Positions 22,190-34,517 of a stretch of 64,000 bases of DNA are shown here, in pieces. The number at the start of each line of letters is the position of its first letter. The first letter of the stretch is position 1. The notes below the pieces were generated by a model. It had not been told where the DNA came from. It made no database searches and saw nothing but the letters and a program-made list of their open reading frames with translations. Source of the stretch: Haplodiscus bocki (lineage: Eukaryota); the NCBI GenBank assembly GCA_965655095.1, contig OZ296654.1:86552001-86616000 (forward strand), read 5' to 3'. The translations under genes and the position numbers were made by a program.

Positions 22190-24162
22190 CATTTTTTCGC
22201 TAGTAGAAGGCCCGTTTTTATCAAGTACTTCGGTATAAAAAACTGGCATTTGAAACAGTGACCAAGTATGCCAGAATTAAATGGAGAAGTAATTTCTCAA
22301 ATTTTTCTTTGAAACTACCGGCTATAACCCTTCCATCAAACTTTCAGTCGATGGTTTCTTTTATAGTAAAGTCTTGATACCAGTTTTTGCATTGGAACCT
22401 TTGTGGAAGGAATTAGCCGAAAAAAACGCCAACGATTGTTTTTTCTTGCATCTCAGACCTAAAAATAGCAAAAACTACCAGCTAAGTCTCTTCAATCAAT
22501 ACTCAACCATGAACTTTGTATTTGTATATTGCTACTGGGTTGGCGAATATTGCGTTTGGTTTCATGGATTGCAGAAATGATACGGAGAAAGTATCAGGAA
22601 ACGCAACTTTGTTTGAGCCGTATTGATACATAGACTTGATCTTTTTTGGAACAACCTCAATTTCTGTAATCACGGTCTCAATCATAAAATATCCATCTGC
22701 AGAACATCTTTCAATGATAGCGTTTTTGGAAAATGTCATTGCTTTGCAAATTTCATGGACCGATATAACCAAAATGAACAAGTTGTCTGTTTCTTTCTCC
22801 TGAAAAACATACCTGCCTTTCTTAAAACCAAAGCATGCAGTTCGTCCATATGTCCATATGGTTATCGGCCGGTTTCTTGAAAACTTGTGAAAAACATACG
22901 GGAGGTCAATTGTTTTGGTAATTTCCTCAAAACGCCAATTTAAGAGGCGCAAAAGGGCACAAAATGCACAATTGTATGATATGCAATACCAATTCGATTC
23001 TTTTCAAGATAGCCGGCTAAACTTCTTTCTTCAAGGTTTTAGTCAACAACTTCCTAAATCTAGAACATCATTTGAAAACAATCTTTGGAGAAACTTTTTC
23101 TTTGTAGGAAACTTTGATGACCAAAAATGCGAGACGCTTCAAAAATTTTCAATTTTTCCTGATATTCAAAGCTTTTGTAATCCATAACTCCTTATTGCAT
23201 TCCTTCTTTCGTTCCTCAGGGTATGAATCAACACTTGTTTACTCAATAAAATTTAGTTGACTGCCGAACAATGCATTCAATTCCTTGAAATGGAAACCTG
23301 ATGGGTCAAACTAGTCAAAAGTTGAAGATAGGTCTGATTCGTCTTGGTATTCAAACTCGGTTTCCTTCAAATCAAATGTCAACATTTCTTCCGTCAATGT
23401 TTGCATAAACTTTTCTGTGTTTTGAACACAATGATTCAGTTTCCATATTTCTTTTTTCATCTTGTCTCGGAAACTTTGATAACCCTAAATTGCCGAACGT
23501 TTCCCGTATGTTTGATGCTCCTTTGTAGTTTTTTTCCACAGCAATCGGCTACAATTATACATTAAGACAATTTTGACAGGTTGAACAATTTTAAAAGGTA
23601 AAGTCTCAAGTAATTTTGCTCTCAGTGGAATGTTGGTTGACTGAGAATTCCAAAAATTGCTTATGCGTGTGTCTCTTCATAATATTCCAACGCATCACTC
23701 CAGAAATACCGACTGGACTTCTTCCAACAATGTCTCAGTGGACAATGTTAATTGTGTACAAAGTCACTCAAAAAACATATTCCGAAACATACTTCATGCC
23801 CTCGAAGAAATTAAGGCTGAAATTGGCACAAAAAGTGACTTGTGCTGGCGTTTCGCTATATTCAACTTCTTTATCTCTAAAAGTTCTGGCTGGATTTCCA
23901 CTATCAAGATCTCACAAGATAGTTTCAAATTTTTGACAGGTGAATCAGTAAAATTACTTCGGGTTTTGTATTTTATTTTGGAGCCCTGATAAGTTGATAA
24001 TGCCAACAATTGTGGAACTCAGTGGTGGATGTGATGTTTGTGGAAAACTTTTGAAAACTAGACTCAAAAGATTATTCTCGTTTTTTCACTGTCTACAAAA
24101 ATTGAATAGAAACTTTGTAATTGGGCGAAAAATATGGCGGTGCTGGCCGGCTGTCTTGTTTT
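22190..24162 (+). mobile_element. Helentron-type non-autonomous element (HINE-like), copy A
   Basis: 3' end GGGCGAAAAATATGGCGGTGCTGGCCGGCTGTCTTGTTTT; degenerate 5' ATTTTTTCGC at ~22191; collinear inverted homology with copy B. Confidence 0.6.
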
Positions 24163-25875
24163 ATCATCGCTCACAAACTAACGAAGAAGGGTGTAACAGA
24201 AAACAAAAGTTCGACCGTTCTAAATGGGAGTCTTTTTCTGCATAAAGGTTGAGCCAGTGGATCAAAATAAACACAGACTACATCATTAGAGAAAGACAAC
24301 TTTCGTGGTTAGTTGAAATCTTTAAAATTGTTAACCGATAGCCAGTAAACAACCTTCGAGCCTATCAAAAAAAGAAGCATGAGATAATTCGAGTTCTTTT
24401 TGAAAGCCTTATCAGAAGCAAACCATCTAGAGACATAAGTTGGAAGATGTAATACGTCGAAGAAAATGAAGTGATTTAGGAGAAGTTTGCTTCTCAAATT
24501 CTTTTAGCGCAAAGAAAATATTGCATTTTTTACCGACAACATATTAATTCTCGCACCTTATAGTTACGAGCATTCTTGCTACTTTTGAGCAAAGTTTCAA
24601 AAATTTGAAAGCCTAACTGCATAAAAGTGGGTTTTCAGTGTGAACATACGTCGTAAAGTACAAAAAAAGCATCGTTTTTCTAGTTTTGGAGCAGTTTTGG
24701 CAACACAAAATTTTAATTTGTACACAGAAGTCTTGTAGTTGTTTCAATGAAAGAACATAATAAGTTGAAGAAATTACACCCATCATTTAGGACTTCCGCA
24801 ACAAGAAAGTAACGTTAAAGTTGCCACTGAGAGCTTGATTTTCCAGTTTATTGAAAATTTGCCCAAAAGAATCCTGGAAAAGAGCAACTAAAACAATTTT
24901 GATTTCCCAAAATGGACCTCTACGTAACCATAGAAAACATTTTGGAAGAGGTTGATGAAAAAATCTGACTCCTTAAAAAATTTTCTAGACTTAGCGCGAA
25001 ACTTCTCGCAACTATCACGAAGTTTTTGCACGATACAGCAAAGTTCTTATTTCAGTTTCAACCCCAGGCACTCTAAATAATAATATCAAAAACAACGCAC
25101 AAATAGTTGCAAGAAAGCGAGAAAGCGTGAACAAATTTAAGGTGAGCCACTGGGTAGAATTCACTAGTTATTTTTTTTAAAAAAAGACGAAACAAACCAC
25201 TAAATTGCATTCTTGATAAAATGATCGCGCGTTTTATCATCTGAATACATTACGTAGAAACCAATTTGCCCTTTCAAACAGAAGGCAGCTAATTTTGAGG
25301 AATACTTTTTTCACCTACAACAATGGTTGGGGGGAAGACTCTTCTTCGACGTGTTCATGGATCAATTGTGAATTTTAGCAAAACACTCGATCCTAGAAGG
25401 AGAATTTGAAGAAACTTTTTTGAGGTTTTGAAACAGATACTTTGCCGCAGTTTTCGATAAGGGGATTTTTGGAGCTTATAACCCTTTCCGCAATCAACAA
25501 ATTTTTGTGAAAATTTTCACCTTTTAGGAATACTTTCCGGTAATATTTGACGGACAAAAACCTATTCCAATGTTTTGGGCACCCAATAAGACTGTCTTTA
25601 GCACGTTAAATAGCATCTATTTAGACTCTTTAATTCAATTCAAACCTGAAATTGGTAACAAACGACGATAAAAAACTAGAGCAATGGCAGTAAGGGAAAT
25701 GTGCTTTTCAAAAAGCACATAAAAAGCCATCACTTTTTATTGCAACCTCGGTGCCTTGAAAAATTTGACTTTAAACTAGGGACTTGGATGTGAATGTTTT
25801 TTGAAACTGACCAATTTTCACTCCTTTCCGCACAAAACCGATCAAAAACAAAACAGTTACCAAAACTACGTACGT

Positions 25876-28080
25876 AAACAAGACGGCCGTTCAAGTCCAG
25901 CATATTTTTTGCACAATCACAAGTTTTTGATCAACTTTTGCAAAAAAAAAATGAAAAACGAGAATACTGTCATCAATCCTGCTTTTAAAGTTCTCCAACA
26001 AAATCAACTCCACTATTGATTTTTGCAATTGTTGCGGTTGCCATTGTGAAGCTATCCGGGTTCCCAAGCAAAGAACGCAGCCCAAAGTATTTTTCTAAAA
26101 CAACTTTTGGAAAACTGAAACTATCTTGTGAGATCTTGATACTGGAAATGCAACCAGCAAACTTACAGAACATGCGTTTGAATAAAGAGAAAAGCCACAA
26201 CAAATCACAATACTAAAAATATCAGCCCGTGAGAGTACGAAGGCAGGAAATTTTTCGGAATAAGTTTATCGAGTAATCCTATACAGAAAAAAAAATCCAC
26301 TGAGATCTTCACGGAAGAAATCCAGACGGTAGTGTCGGAGACAAAAGAGTTGTAGTCTTGAAAATAACCACATACAGATGCAAGACTTGGAACTATCAGC
26401 CAATCAAGACTTTGCCGCGAGTAACAAAATCTAACATTTATACTTTGAAAACTTTATTGTTTAGAACCTATCGACTGACATTTCGATGAATAAATGCAGC
26501 CAGTAGCTTTGCATAAAAAGCTCTCATACAAAAAACATCATACATTTACTTAACTTTTGTCAATTTGAAGCTATCATTTTTTTCGAAGAGTCCATGGAAA
26601 ATGAAGATTTGAATGATGAATCACTGTATACAAAAACAAATTTGTTGATTAAGACCATGAAACAAAAAAAACTGACAACAACTTTGAGGAAACCGAGTTC
26701 GATTATTCGATTATGAAGACAAATCATACCAATATTCAGATTTTGGCTAATTTGTTACATCAAGTTTTCGTCGCAATCAACCAAAAGCTTTGCATAGCAA
26801 TCATGTATCTCTTTATGAAAAGAGAAAGGTTGATCGATGCCCAGATGGATGAAATGGAGCCAAAAAATTTCGAAAACAAAAAGTCTGGTTCTGAGAAAAA
26901 CTCGAAGACTTTTAGAATTTTTGGCTATTTTCGTCCATAAATATTCCAATGTAAGAAAAGTTTCTCGAAAACTGAACAAAGAATGATGCTGTAGAGTTAC
27001 AGAAACTGTTGACTAAAACTTTGATGTAGAGACCGAATCGAAGTTCACGACAATTCCTACAGATATTGATTTTGTGGCAAAATCAGCCTATCAAATTGGC
27101 GTTGCTAGGAATCAAACGCAAAGTTCGTTATTGCTGTATGTTGTTGCATTTGCTTAAGAAGTTGACTGACACCTTGGTAAGTGAAATGCAGCCACTGGTT
27201 TTCGAGAATGGCAGTTTTTTTGTCGAGAGAAATCAGCCCAGTACCACATTTTGGCTATATCATTCCATGAAGTTTGCGATGCGAGGATACTTTCTAGAAA
27301 CATTAACAAGGAACGATGTTGTGCAGATAGATAATTTTTGTGTGACACCATGATTGAAGAAAATGAAAAAATTGTTTTGAAAAGAATGGAGTCTTTTTAT
27401 CTAAAGTATTCAAACAAATTAGAATTTTTTGACATTTTCCGCCTATTAGGTTTCTGTTCCCAGGAACCAAACGCAACATTGGACATTCAGTTAGCGTTTC
27501 AAAACTAGAAAAAACTTCAACTGGGACACTGATTGGAGAAAAGTAGCTGGTAGTTCTGGAGAATTTGGGGCTTGAATTTTGAGATAAGCAGTACTGTATG
27601 CACTATTTGTCTAAATCCTTCCATAAATCTTTGAAAGGAAGAATCGTCAATGCAAACATTGTTGTTGGAAAATGTTTTGCCGGAAGGAAAAAAAATTGAG
27701 ATTGTGATGGAAGGGTTACGGGTGGTAGCTTTGAAAGAAAATTGGTTCGACTTTCAAAGTTGATGATACGTGCAAGGAATTCCTGCTTCTTTCGGTCACA
27801 GGAGTTTCTGTTGGACAATCAACCTGCAAAAGAAACGTTTACTGAAAACTTTTTTATATGGTGACAATTGTTGATTGAGACGTTGGTGAATGACAATCAG
27901 CGCGTAGTTTTGAAAAACAAATTGGTATCAATTTGGATTTGGAAAATTAACTGTCTTTTAATGGATCCTTGTGTCAGATTCCCGGTGTTCAAACCGAAGT
28001 ACTTCGAAGTAGAAGTAACAATTTGTTGATTGTGGACTTGATGAAATCGTCCGGTCGGCCGTTTTGAAGAAAAATGACTT
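25876..28080 (-). mobile_element. HINE-like element, copy B (inverted relative to A)
   Basis: Starts AAACAAGACGGCCG. Shares TGAAACTATCTTGTGAGATCTTGATA.TGGAAAT (~26117-26150 vs ~23895-23928), AAGTACTTCGGT (~27995 vs ~22223) and the KLP..TLPS block with copy A. Confidence 0.6.
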
Positions 28081-28579
28081 TAAATGTCAAGACTACTAAT
28101 CATCATTTTTTAAAGCCTGGTCTGATTCCAAGGGTTGTGCGACGTACATATGGACGTAATACAGAGGAAGTGTAAAGGAATTGCCTTTTTGGTGTTTGCG
28201 GCCCAGAAACGAAAAAAGTATGCAAGGAGACTTTTATGGACAAAGCATTTGAAAATTTAAAATGGTATTCGATTCAAAAAAAGAAGACACAACTTTCTGA
28301 TAAAGGAAATTTATCAAAATGTCCAAAACTTCCTCGAAATTTTAGAAACAAATTGAGTTGTTTCATATAGGTTGAAGGAGACAGTTTTGAACCTGAAACA
28401 CAAAGTCTGCGTGATATTCTCAAATTCTGGAAGAAAAAAATGCAAAAATGAAGCGACTATTTCATTTATCTAAAAATTATGATTGGAAATTAAAACAAAT
28501 TGAGAAAATATTAGAATTGACGCTACTCATTTGTCCTGCATGATAGCGTTGCCAAAGCAAAAGATGGTATCACCAAAAA

Positions 28580-29000
28580 AATCCGAGACTTATTGTCTCA
28601 CAGTATCACAGAACCGATTAACTTTGTGATTGTATTTGTGGGAATCGCTGATATTTCTGAAAATTTCTGGCGCTTCCCACGTTTCGGGTGTGTAAAGTTT
28701 GGCGATCCATAGTGGGGGTATAACAAAAAAAATTCGCAAACATTTTGTCCCCAAGAAAAATTTCGTAAAGAAAACCGTCTGTGTTTCTGAAATTTTTTGG
28801 TACCAAAAACGAATTAGTAACTGGGGCATCACGATTCTCAGCAAAACTTTTTGTCTGACAGGACCAATAAAATTCGTAAGGTAACCTTTCTCTGTTTCTG
28901 AAAGTTCCTGGTCTCGGAATTTTTTATGCATAAGAAGGTGTACCACAGTTATCTTCCGGAACCCTTTTTTCTCACAGTACCGAAAATTTTCGTACAAGGG
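28580..29000. repeat. Dispersed repeat with internal degenerate units
   Basis: Recurring TTTTGTCTCACAG / TGTTTCTGAAA / AAATTTCGTA units; the ORFs here are low-complexity by-products. Confidence 0.5.
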
Positions 29001-29279
29001 ATTTTATGCTGTTTGCGAATGCTTGCCTGTGCTTGGCATAAACTGCACTTGCATGCTCTAAGATATCAAGCCGCGGAGCACAAATAGGGAAAATTGTACA
29101 AAGTTTGTTGTGATCTTGAAGAGAAGAATATGATAAACGAAAAACAAAGTACCTACAAAAGTTAGCTTTCTAGTTCATAAAGCACCGATCAAAAATTGAC
29201 AAAAAATATTAGTTTTGATAGGATAAGATAAAACAATCCGCGTAATTCCAAACCGTAATGTTGAACTAAAAATGTAGGT

Positions 29280-29460
29280 AAATGCTGTGGTTCGAACTAG
29301 GACCTAGCGCTTCAGAACCTTGTTGTCCCACCCACTGTCCATGGGAGCCATTGGAATTTCTGACGAAAGTCAGTGAAATCGTAGAACTCAATGGCTCGAC
29401 TGAGATTCGAACCCAGACCAACTTCTTGAGATTTTTTTGTCACGGTCTTACTACTGAGAC
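29280..29460 (-). repeat. tRNA-derived (SINE-like) degenerate units
   Basis: Two B-box-like T-arms on the minus strand (GGGTTCGAATCTC at ~29402-29414; TAGTTCGAACC at ~29290-29300). No full cloverleaf. Confidence 0.45.
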
Positions 29461-30149
29461 TTTTTTAAATAAAAAAGCGTTGGCAGAACTAGACTGGAAA
29501 AAAATTGATCCTACTGATTGTGTAATTTTCTTATAAAATAAGAGCAAAAAGTGGTGCTCGTCGAAGTATTTTACGACGAGTTCAATTTTCATGTTTTTTC
29601 TTTGATACCTATCTGCTGGAAATTTGTTGTTTCAGAGCCTCAATGACCATGGAAGTGTGCTTACTTTTCAGATTTGATAACAGTCTAATAGGTTTTTGAA
29701 GTTTTTTTCTGGCATTTTGTCAAATTGGGCAAGTTTCTCGGCATTTTCTGATGCGGTCAATTCATCTGGTTTTTTTCCGAATTGAACCCTGCGATATTTG
29801 CGGCCCAGTGGCACGGTGAGGCATTCAGTTGATCCATGCCTAAAAATAAACGCATTTCGGATGTTTTCCCTAAGTTTTTTGTTTAGGGCAAACGTTGAAG
29901 ACTGATGAATCGCTTATAGTTTGTCTGAAATGAATAAAACTTGAGGCTTATTTTTAGTTCCCGCGGACTAAAAATTTGTCCGTAAAACTAAAAAGTTCAG
30001 GAGGAACTGCTTAAGTAAAAGGAAAAAACTTTCCTAATTTCTTGATAAGATTACAAAGGTTGTGATTGCAAAGGAATCCGAGAGAGAATCAAGATTTTTC
30101 GAGCATCCAACGTTTTCTCTCCTCTTTGCATTTTTTACCGAATTTATGA

Positions 30150-31470
30150 AAATAAGTGAGCAAACAACTGTATTCAATGCACCTATCTTAAGGTTTATAA
30201 TCCACTAGAATTGGTGATATGCTATTTTTTAATCAAATAATATTTTGTTTGAAAGTTCTCGTACTTCAAAAATCATGCTGTCTGATTATCCACATATTAT
30301 AACAACAACGTCTCAACCCTGGAAAAGCAAAATATTTACCATTTTACAGCTTGGAATTTCTCCTGAAAACGTTTTGCTCCAACAATTTTCCAAGATGTGA
30401 AAGAATTTTTTTTTAATTCAAAGTATTGAATCTTCGCTTCATATTAGAGGCATAAACAAAAATTTTTCAGCACCTCGTCAGGTTGATCAGATTTTTATTG
30501 AAAATTTCACAGTTGGGCAAAACAGATCAAACTTAATAAGGTGTTTAACCTTCTCAAAAATTAATGCTATTAAAAATGTTTTGAGAAGTGAAGAAACTTT
30601 GCTTTCGCTGTTTTCTCGAAAACTCATTATGCTTTTATTATAAAAATCTAATAATTATAAAAGGAAAGAATTCAATCTGGAAGTTTTTTCCGTATCTTCT
30701 GCAGGTGATGAAATTTTTGACTTTTCCAGAACTTGCAAAATCAAATATTTTAGACGATATTTAAAGCTAAATAAATAACTGTATCTGAAAAATTTTCTGA
30801 ATATTTTGTAGTGGATGAGATTTTTGTGAAAACCTCAAATTTGTCCAAAAATTGCCATAATCAGGGTAATCATAGTTTCTTAACAAGTGATCAGATTTTG
30901 AAACGAAGAACACCAATAAAAGCATATGAAAAATCAAAGAAACTTTTGTTCCTGCTGTTTTCTCGTAAAGTTGTCGCACTTGGAGTAATCGGCCTCCAAA
31001 CTTGCTTAATTTTTACTCAGGAGTTCGGTTAATTAAAATCAGTACTGTAGATCTTATTAACAACTCATCAATCTTAAATGAGTGTCTTAAGAAGTTGTTG
31101 CCGATGACTCCCTCTTTATGAATAATTGCCATAAAGTCATCAAAAATTTTTCTTCAAACTTTTTCGGTGTGAATAAGCAATCAGTTTTCCAGGAAAAGCC
31201 AAGACTCGAGTATTGATTCCACCCCCTCCTTTTAAATGTTGAATGAGATCTCATGTTTGACGCCATCATGAGCCGCAATATTCACGAATAATATTGATAT
31301 TTCTAACATTCAAAATCCTCGAGTAATTATAAGTCAATCCATAGAAGATTTCTAAATAAAAATTTCACATGTGGGAACCTTCTCTGTACATATTAACTTG
31401 CCTATTTTTTGCTCAGGAGATCATTTAACTAAAATCAGTTCTGTATACATGAACTTTTTTCAGTAAACGT
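30150..31470 (+). pseudogene. Decayed leucine-rich-repeat coding region
   Basis: LRR-like blocks LIKISTVDLINNSSI (~31030-31070), LTKISSVYMN (~31425) and FAPTIFQDVK; many stops and frameshifts. Confidence 0.4.
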
Positions 31471-31586
31471 ACGTTTGACCAGTGCCACAGTTTCCGAAAA
31501 AAAACTCAAAAAAATGTGTGATTTTTCAGTATTCCCAATCGAAAAGGAAAGTGATCAATTTTCCACATTGTTTTTTGCGATTAATG

Positions 31587-32050
31587 CCCGGGTCGAGCTT
31601 TCATAGATTTTCAGTCATTTTCAGCGCTGATTGAGAGGTTTTTGCGTTTTCAGCAATGTTCAGAGCTGAACCAGTCGACTTTAATTTTGACATCTCTGGT
31701 CATAACTAAATCAGTGATGAACATTTCTGAACATCTCTGATTCAGCGTTGAACATTACTGGCGAACAGCAAAAACAATTGTTTTGCGAGCAGCAAAAATT
31801 CCTATCAACTATATGACCAGTAATTCTCAGTTTTGATAATAGCTGTTTCAGCTCTGAAAATCTCTGAATTTTTACTCTGTAATAACACTGATCATGACTG
31901 TTTTAGCTCTGAAACAGTGATTTTCACTGAAATTCATGCCATGTGCATCGATTATCCGTTCTGAAACATTCTGAAAAATCTATTTGCATCGCTGAATCAA
32001 TCTGGAGTTTCTATGATCATCGCTGAAAGTAGTGAGGACATCAACCCGGG
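31587..32050. mobile_element. MITE with CCCGGGT termini and internal TCAG.GCTGA palindromic units
   Basis: TG|CCCGGGTCGA ... TCAACCCGGG|TA (short TIR, TA-like flanks); many TCAGCGCTGA/TCAGAGCTGA variants inside. Confidence 0.6.
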
Positions 32051-33229
32051 TAGAAAAGAAATCCTCGATATAGCGCTTTTAAGAAATATCGGACTATTAT
32101 TTCTGAATGAGGAGCAGCAATCAGAGTCCGTTTTATTTGGAGGTTGCGTTCGTCCCTTTTGAAACCTAGATGACCTGGCAACCAATTAAAACTGGTTGTT
32201 CACGTCTAAAAAAATCGAAATGATAGAGGCACCATAAACTACTCAGTTTATTTGACAGGCGACTTCTATAAAGCGGCCCAGAATTCCTTTGATGACTTTC
32301 AACTGTAACTGCTATAAATGCATGGCGTCGTTTTAGTGTTTAATTGCGGATATTGCAAGCAAACAAACAAACCACTCTTTCATGCGAAACGATCCAAGCC
32401 AAAAAGCTACAAAATCCTAAATTAGCAAATTTAAGCTTCTAAAATTACAAAAACATCCCATCAATCTTTGATGTTTCAGGAAACTGGTTGTTGCCATAAA
32501 GCTGTGAAAAACGGAAAAATAACGGAAAAAAATCAGTTCAATCTAATTTTGATTCCTTGAAAACCTGCGGTGGGATGCTTCAAAGAACACCGAAGGAAAA
32601 GTCTATAAGTTGAATTGTTGCACATTTTGAAAATTTTTATGAGTAGCAGTGAAACGTGATTCAAGATAGAAACTCATCTAAAATACACCAGAAAAACTGA
32701 ATATGCGTACTCTAAACACCACATGAATCAAATTATTTCCTTGCAGAATCGGGACTTTTGGGAAAATTGATTTTTTTACTTCGTTCAGATGAGTTCGAAG
32801 CTATAAGTTTTGTTTTGTAGTTGATATAGAGAAAAATCTGGAATTCTTTTTGAAAAGTCTAGAAAAATTATTCAACAAGTTTTGCTGTCTTTAAAAAATA
32901 GAGAGGGATAAATTTTCCTGAAATGAATTTTTTATGTTGTATAGCAAATTTTGTTTGTAAAATAAGTTGTGCTATTTATAGGGCAAGGCCTATTTTTGGG
33001 TTGAAAACTCGAGAAGAGCGTAAAATAGAAATCATTTCTCCGAAAAGAATCAAAGAAGAAGAGGTAAATTATTCGGTTCTGTACACATCCCTTGGAAGGG
33101 TCCACCTAAACAGCTCTCGAAATTATTTCTTTTTATTGCGTTTTTTTTCTGTGTTCAGGTGAAAATCTTGAGCCACAAAAATTCAAATTTTTCTGTAGTC
33201 CAGATTGTCTTCGGGACTTGGTGCAAAAC

Positions 33230-33400
33230 TTCTTTGGGTGTTGTGCGAAACTTTCCGAACCACCCCAAAAAGGCTGGCACAAAATACCAATCAGATGAAT
33301 TTATATCAGATTGCAACCAAAATCACATCATATAGTAGTTTGTGAACAACAGCAACGTCGGTATAATGGGACAACAGTTTAGGCATTCACTAAGCGAAGG
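33230..33400 (+). pseudogene. Retro-integrase core fragment
   Basis: AGTKYQSDEFISDCNQNHI resembles D.G..Y.S.EF..FC....I. Confidence 0.45.
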
Positions 33401-34517
33401 TTCACGTGGAATTGGCAAAATCAAAAAAGTGACGAACCTAAACTGAGTGTTATCTCAATTTCAACAATTACAGTAAAAAATAGTAAACAACTTTGATAAA
33501 AACCTCAAAGAACTTTCCGGCATATAGTGGGAAAACTGTTTTTGATTACAAAAAAAACTGTAATAAACGATCTGTTTCACATATTCGGCCTTCACCGGTT
33601 TATAAAATTGTAGTAATTTGCAGATATTTGTCTTCGGAAACCGTTTGCAAGTACAAATTTTCAGTTTAGTTCTAGGTGGAAGCATTTTACACAAAACCTT
33701 TCTGATGCTTGGAGCTAATCCGATGATAAAGTTCTCCAAGACCTCTCCACATCTACAGTTGGCGGGCACTTGAGTGTTTATTGGAAGAATCCCGGCCGGT
33801 TTTTTGGGAGATGAATGAGTTTGAATAGCCATAAGGACTCGACTAACGGCACATTTTGGCACTTTTTTCCTATCAGGTTATGAATATTGTACAGAAACAA
33901 AATTGTACAGTTTAATATTGAACGGTCTCTTACAAATTTAATGTAGTCGAAAGAACACTTCTTGTGAAATTTCTAGCTTGCAGTCTGGGATAGGGCTGAG
34001 TTAGAAAGTCTGCAACAATCAACACTAAAAGCACTTTTTTCACACGCGGTCCATTACCGCTGAAATTTTCGAATGATTGGGAACAAAACGTACATTTTCT
34101 CTGTAGGAAGAGCATTCAATAAGTCAAGATTTGTTGATTGAGTTTCCGATACAAGAAATCCAGCCCGTAGTTTTACAGAATTTTATTGAACTCCAATGGA
34201 AGTTACTCCAGAGACAAGTTTTAAGTGTTCTCGGCCTACCGGTTGTCGGATTCAAGGAATAAAAAGAAGTTAACAAAATAACCCAACAAACTTGCTGGTA
34301 AACATGTGACGAACGAGGTGCTGATGACAGGAATCCAAGGAAAATGTTAAAGATAAGTGAGTTTGAAAACCAAAAAAGTCGCTTTCATCAAAAATTTTGC
34401 ATTTTCGGTTTGTTGGGATTATATGAAAGGAACAAAACTGAGGCGTTTCTTCTAAAATGTTTATACTGATAGAAAAAACTGTCGTCGAACCTTGAAGTTT
34501 TCATGAATAGTTTTCTG

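Noticed and set aside
22503-22952. 149-aa ORF, and apparently paralogous peptides at 23794-24009 and 26016-26216
   Set aside because: They lie within HINE-like repeat copies; the similarity is at DNA level and frames are not conserved between copies.
29280-29460. tRNA genes (also GTTCGAATCC at ~34678)
   Set aside because: Only T-arm/B-box remnants; no acceptor stem or anticodon arm can be folded.
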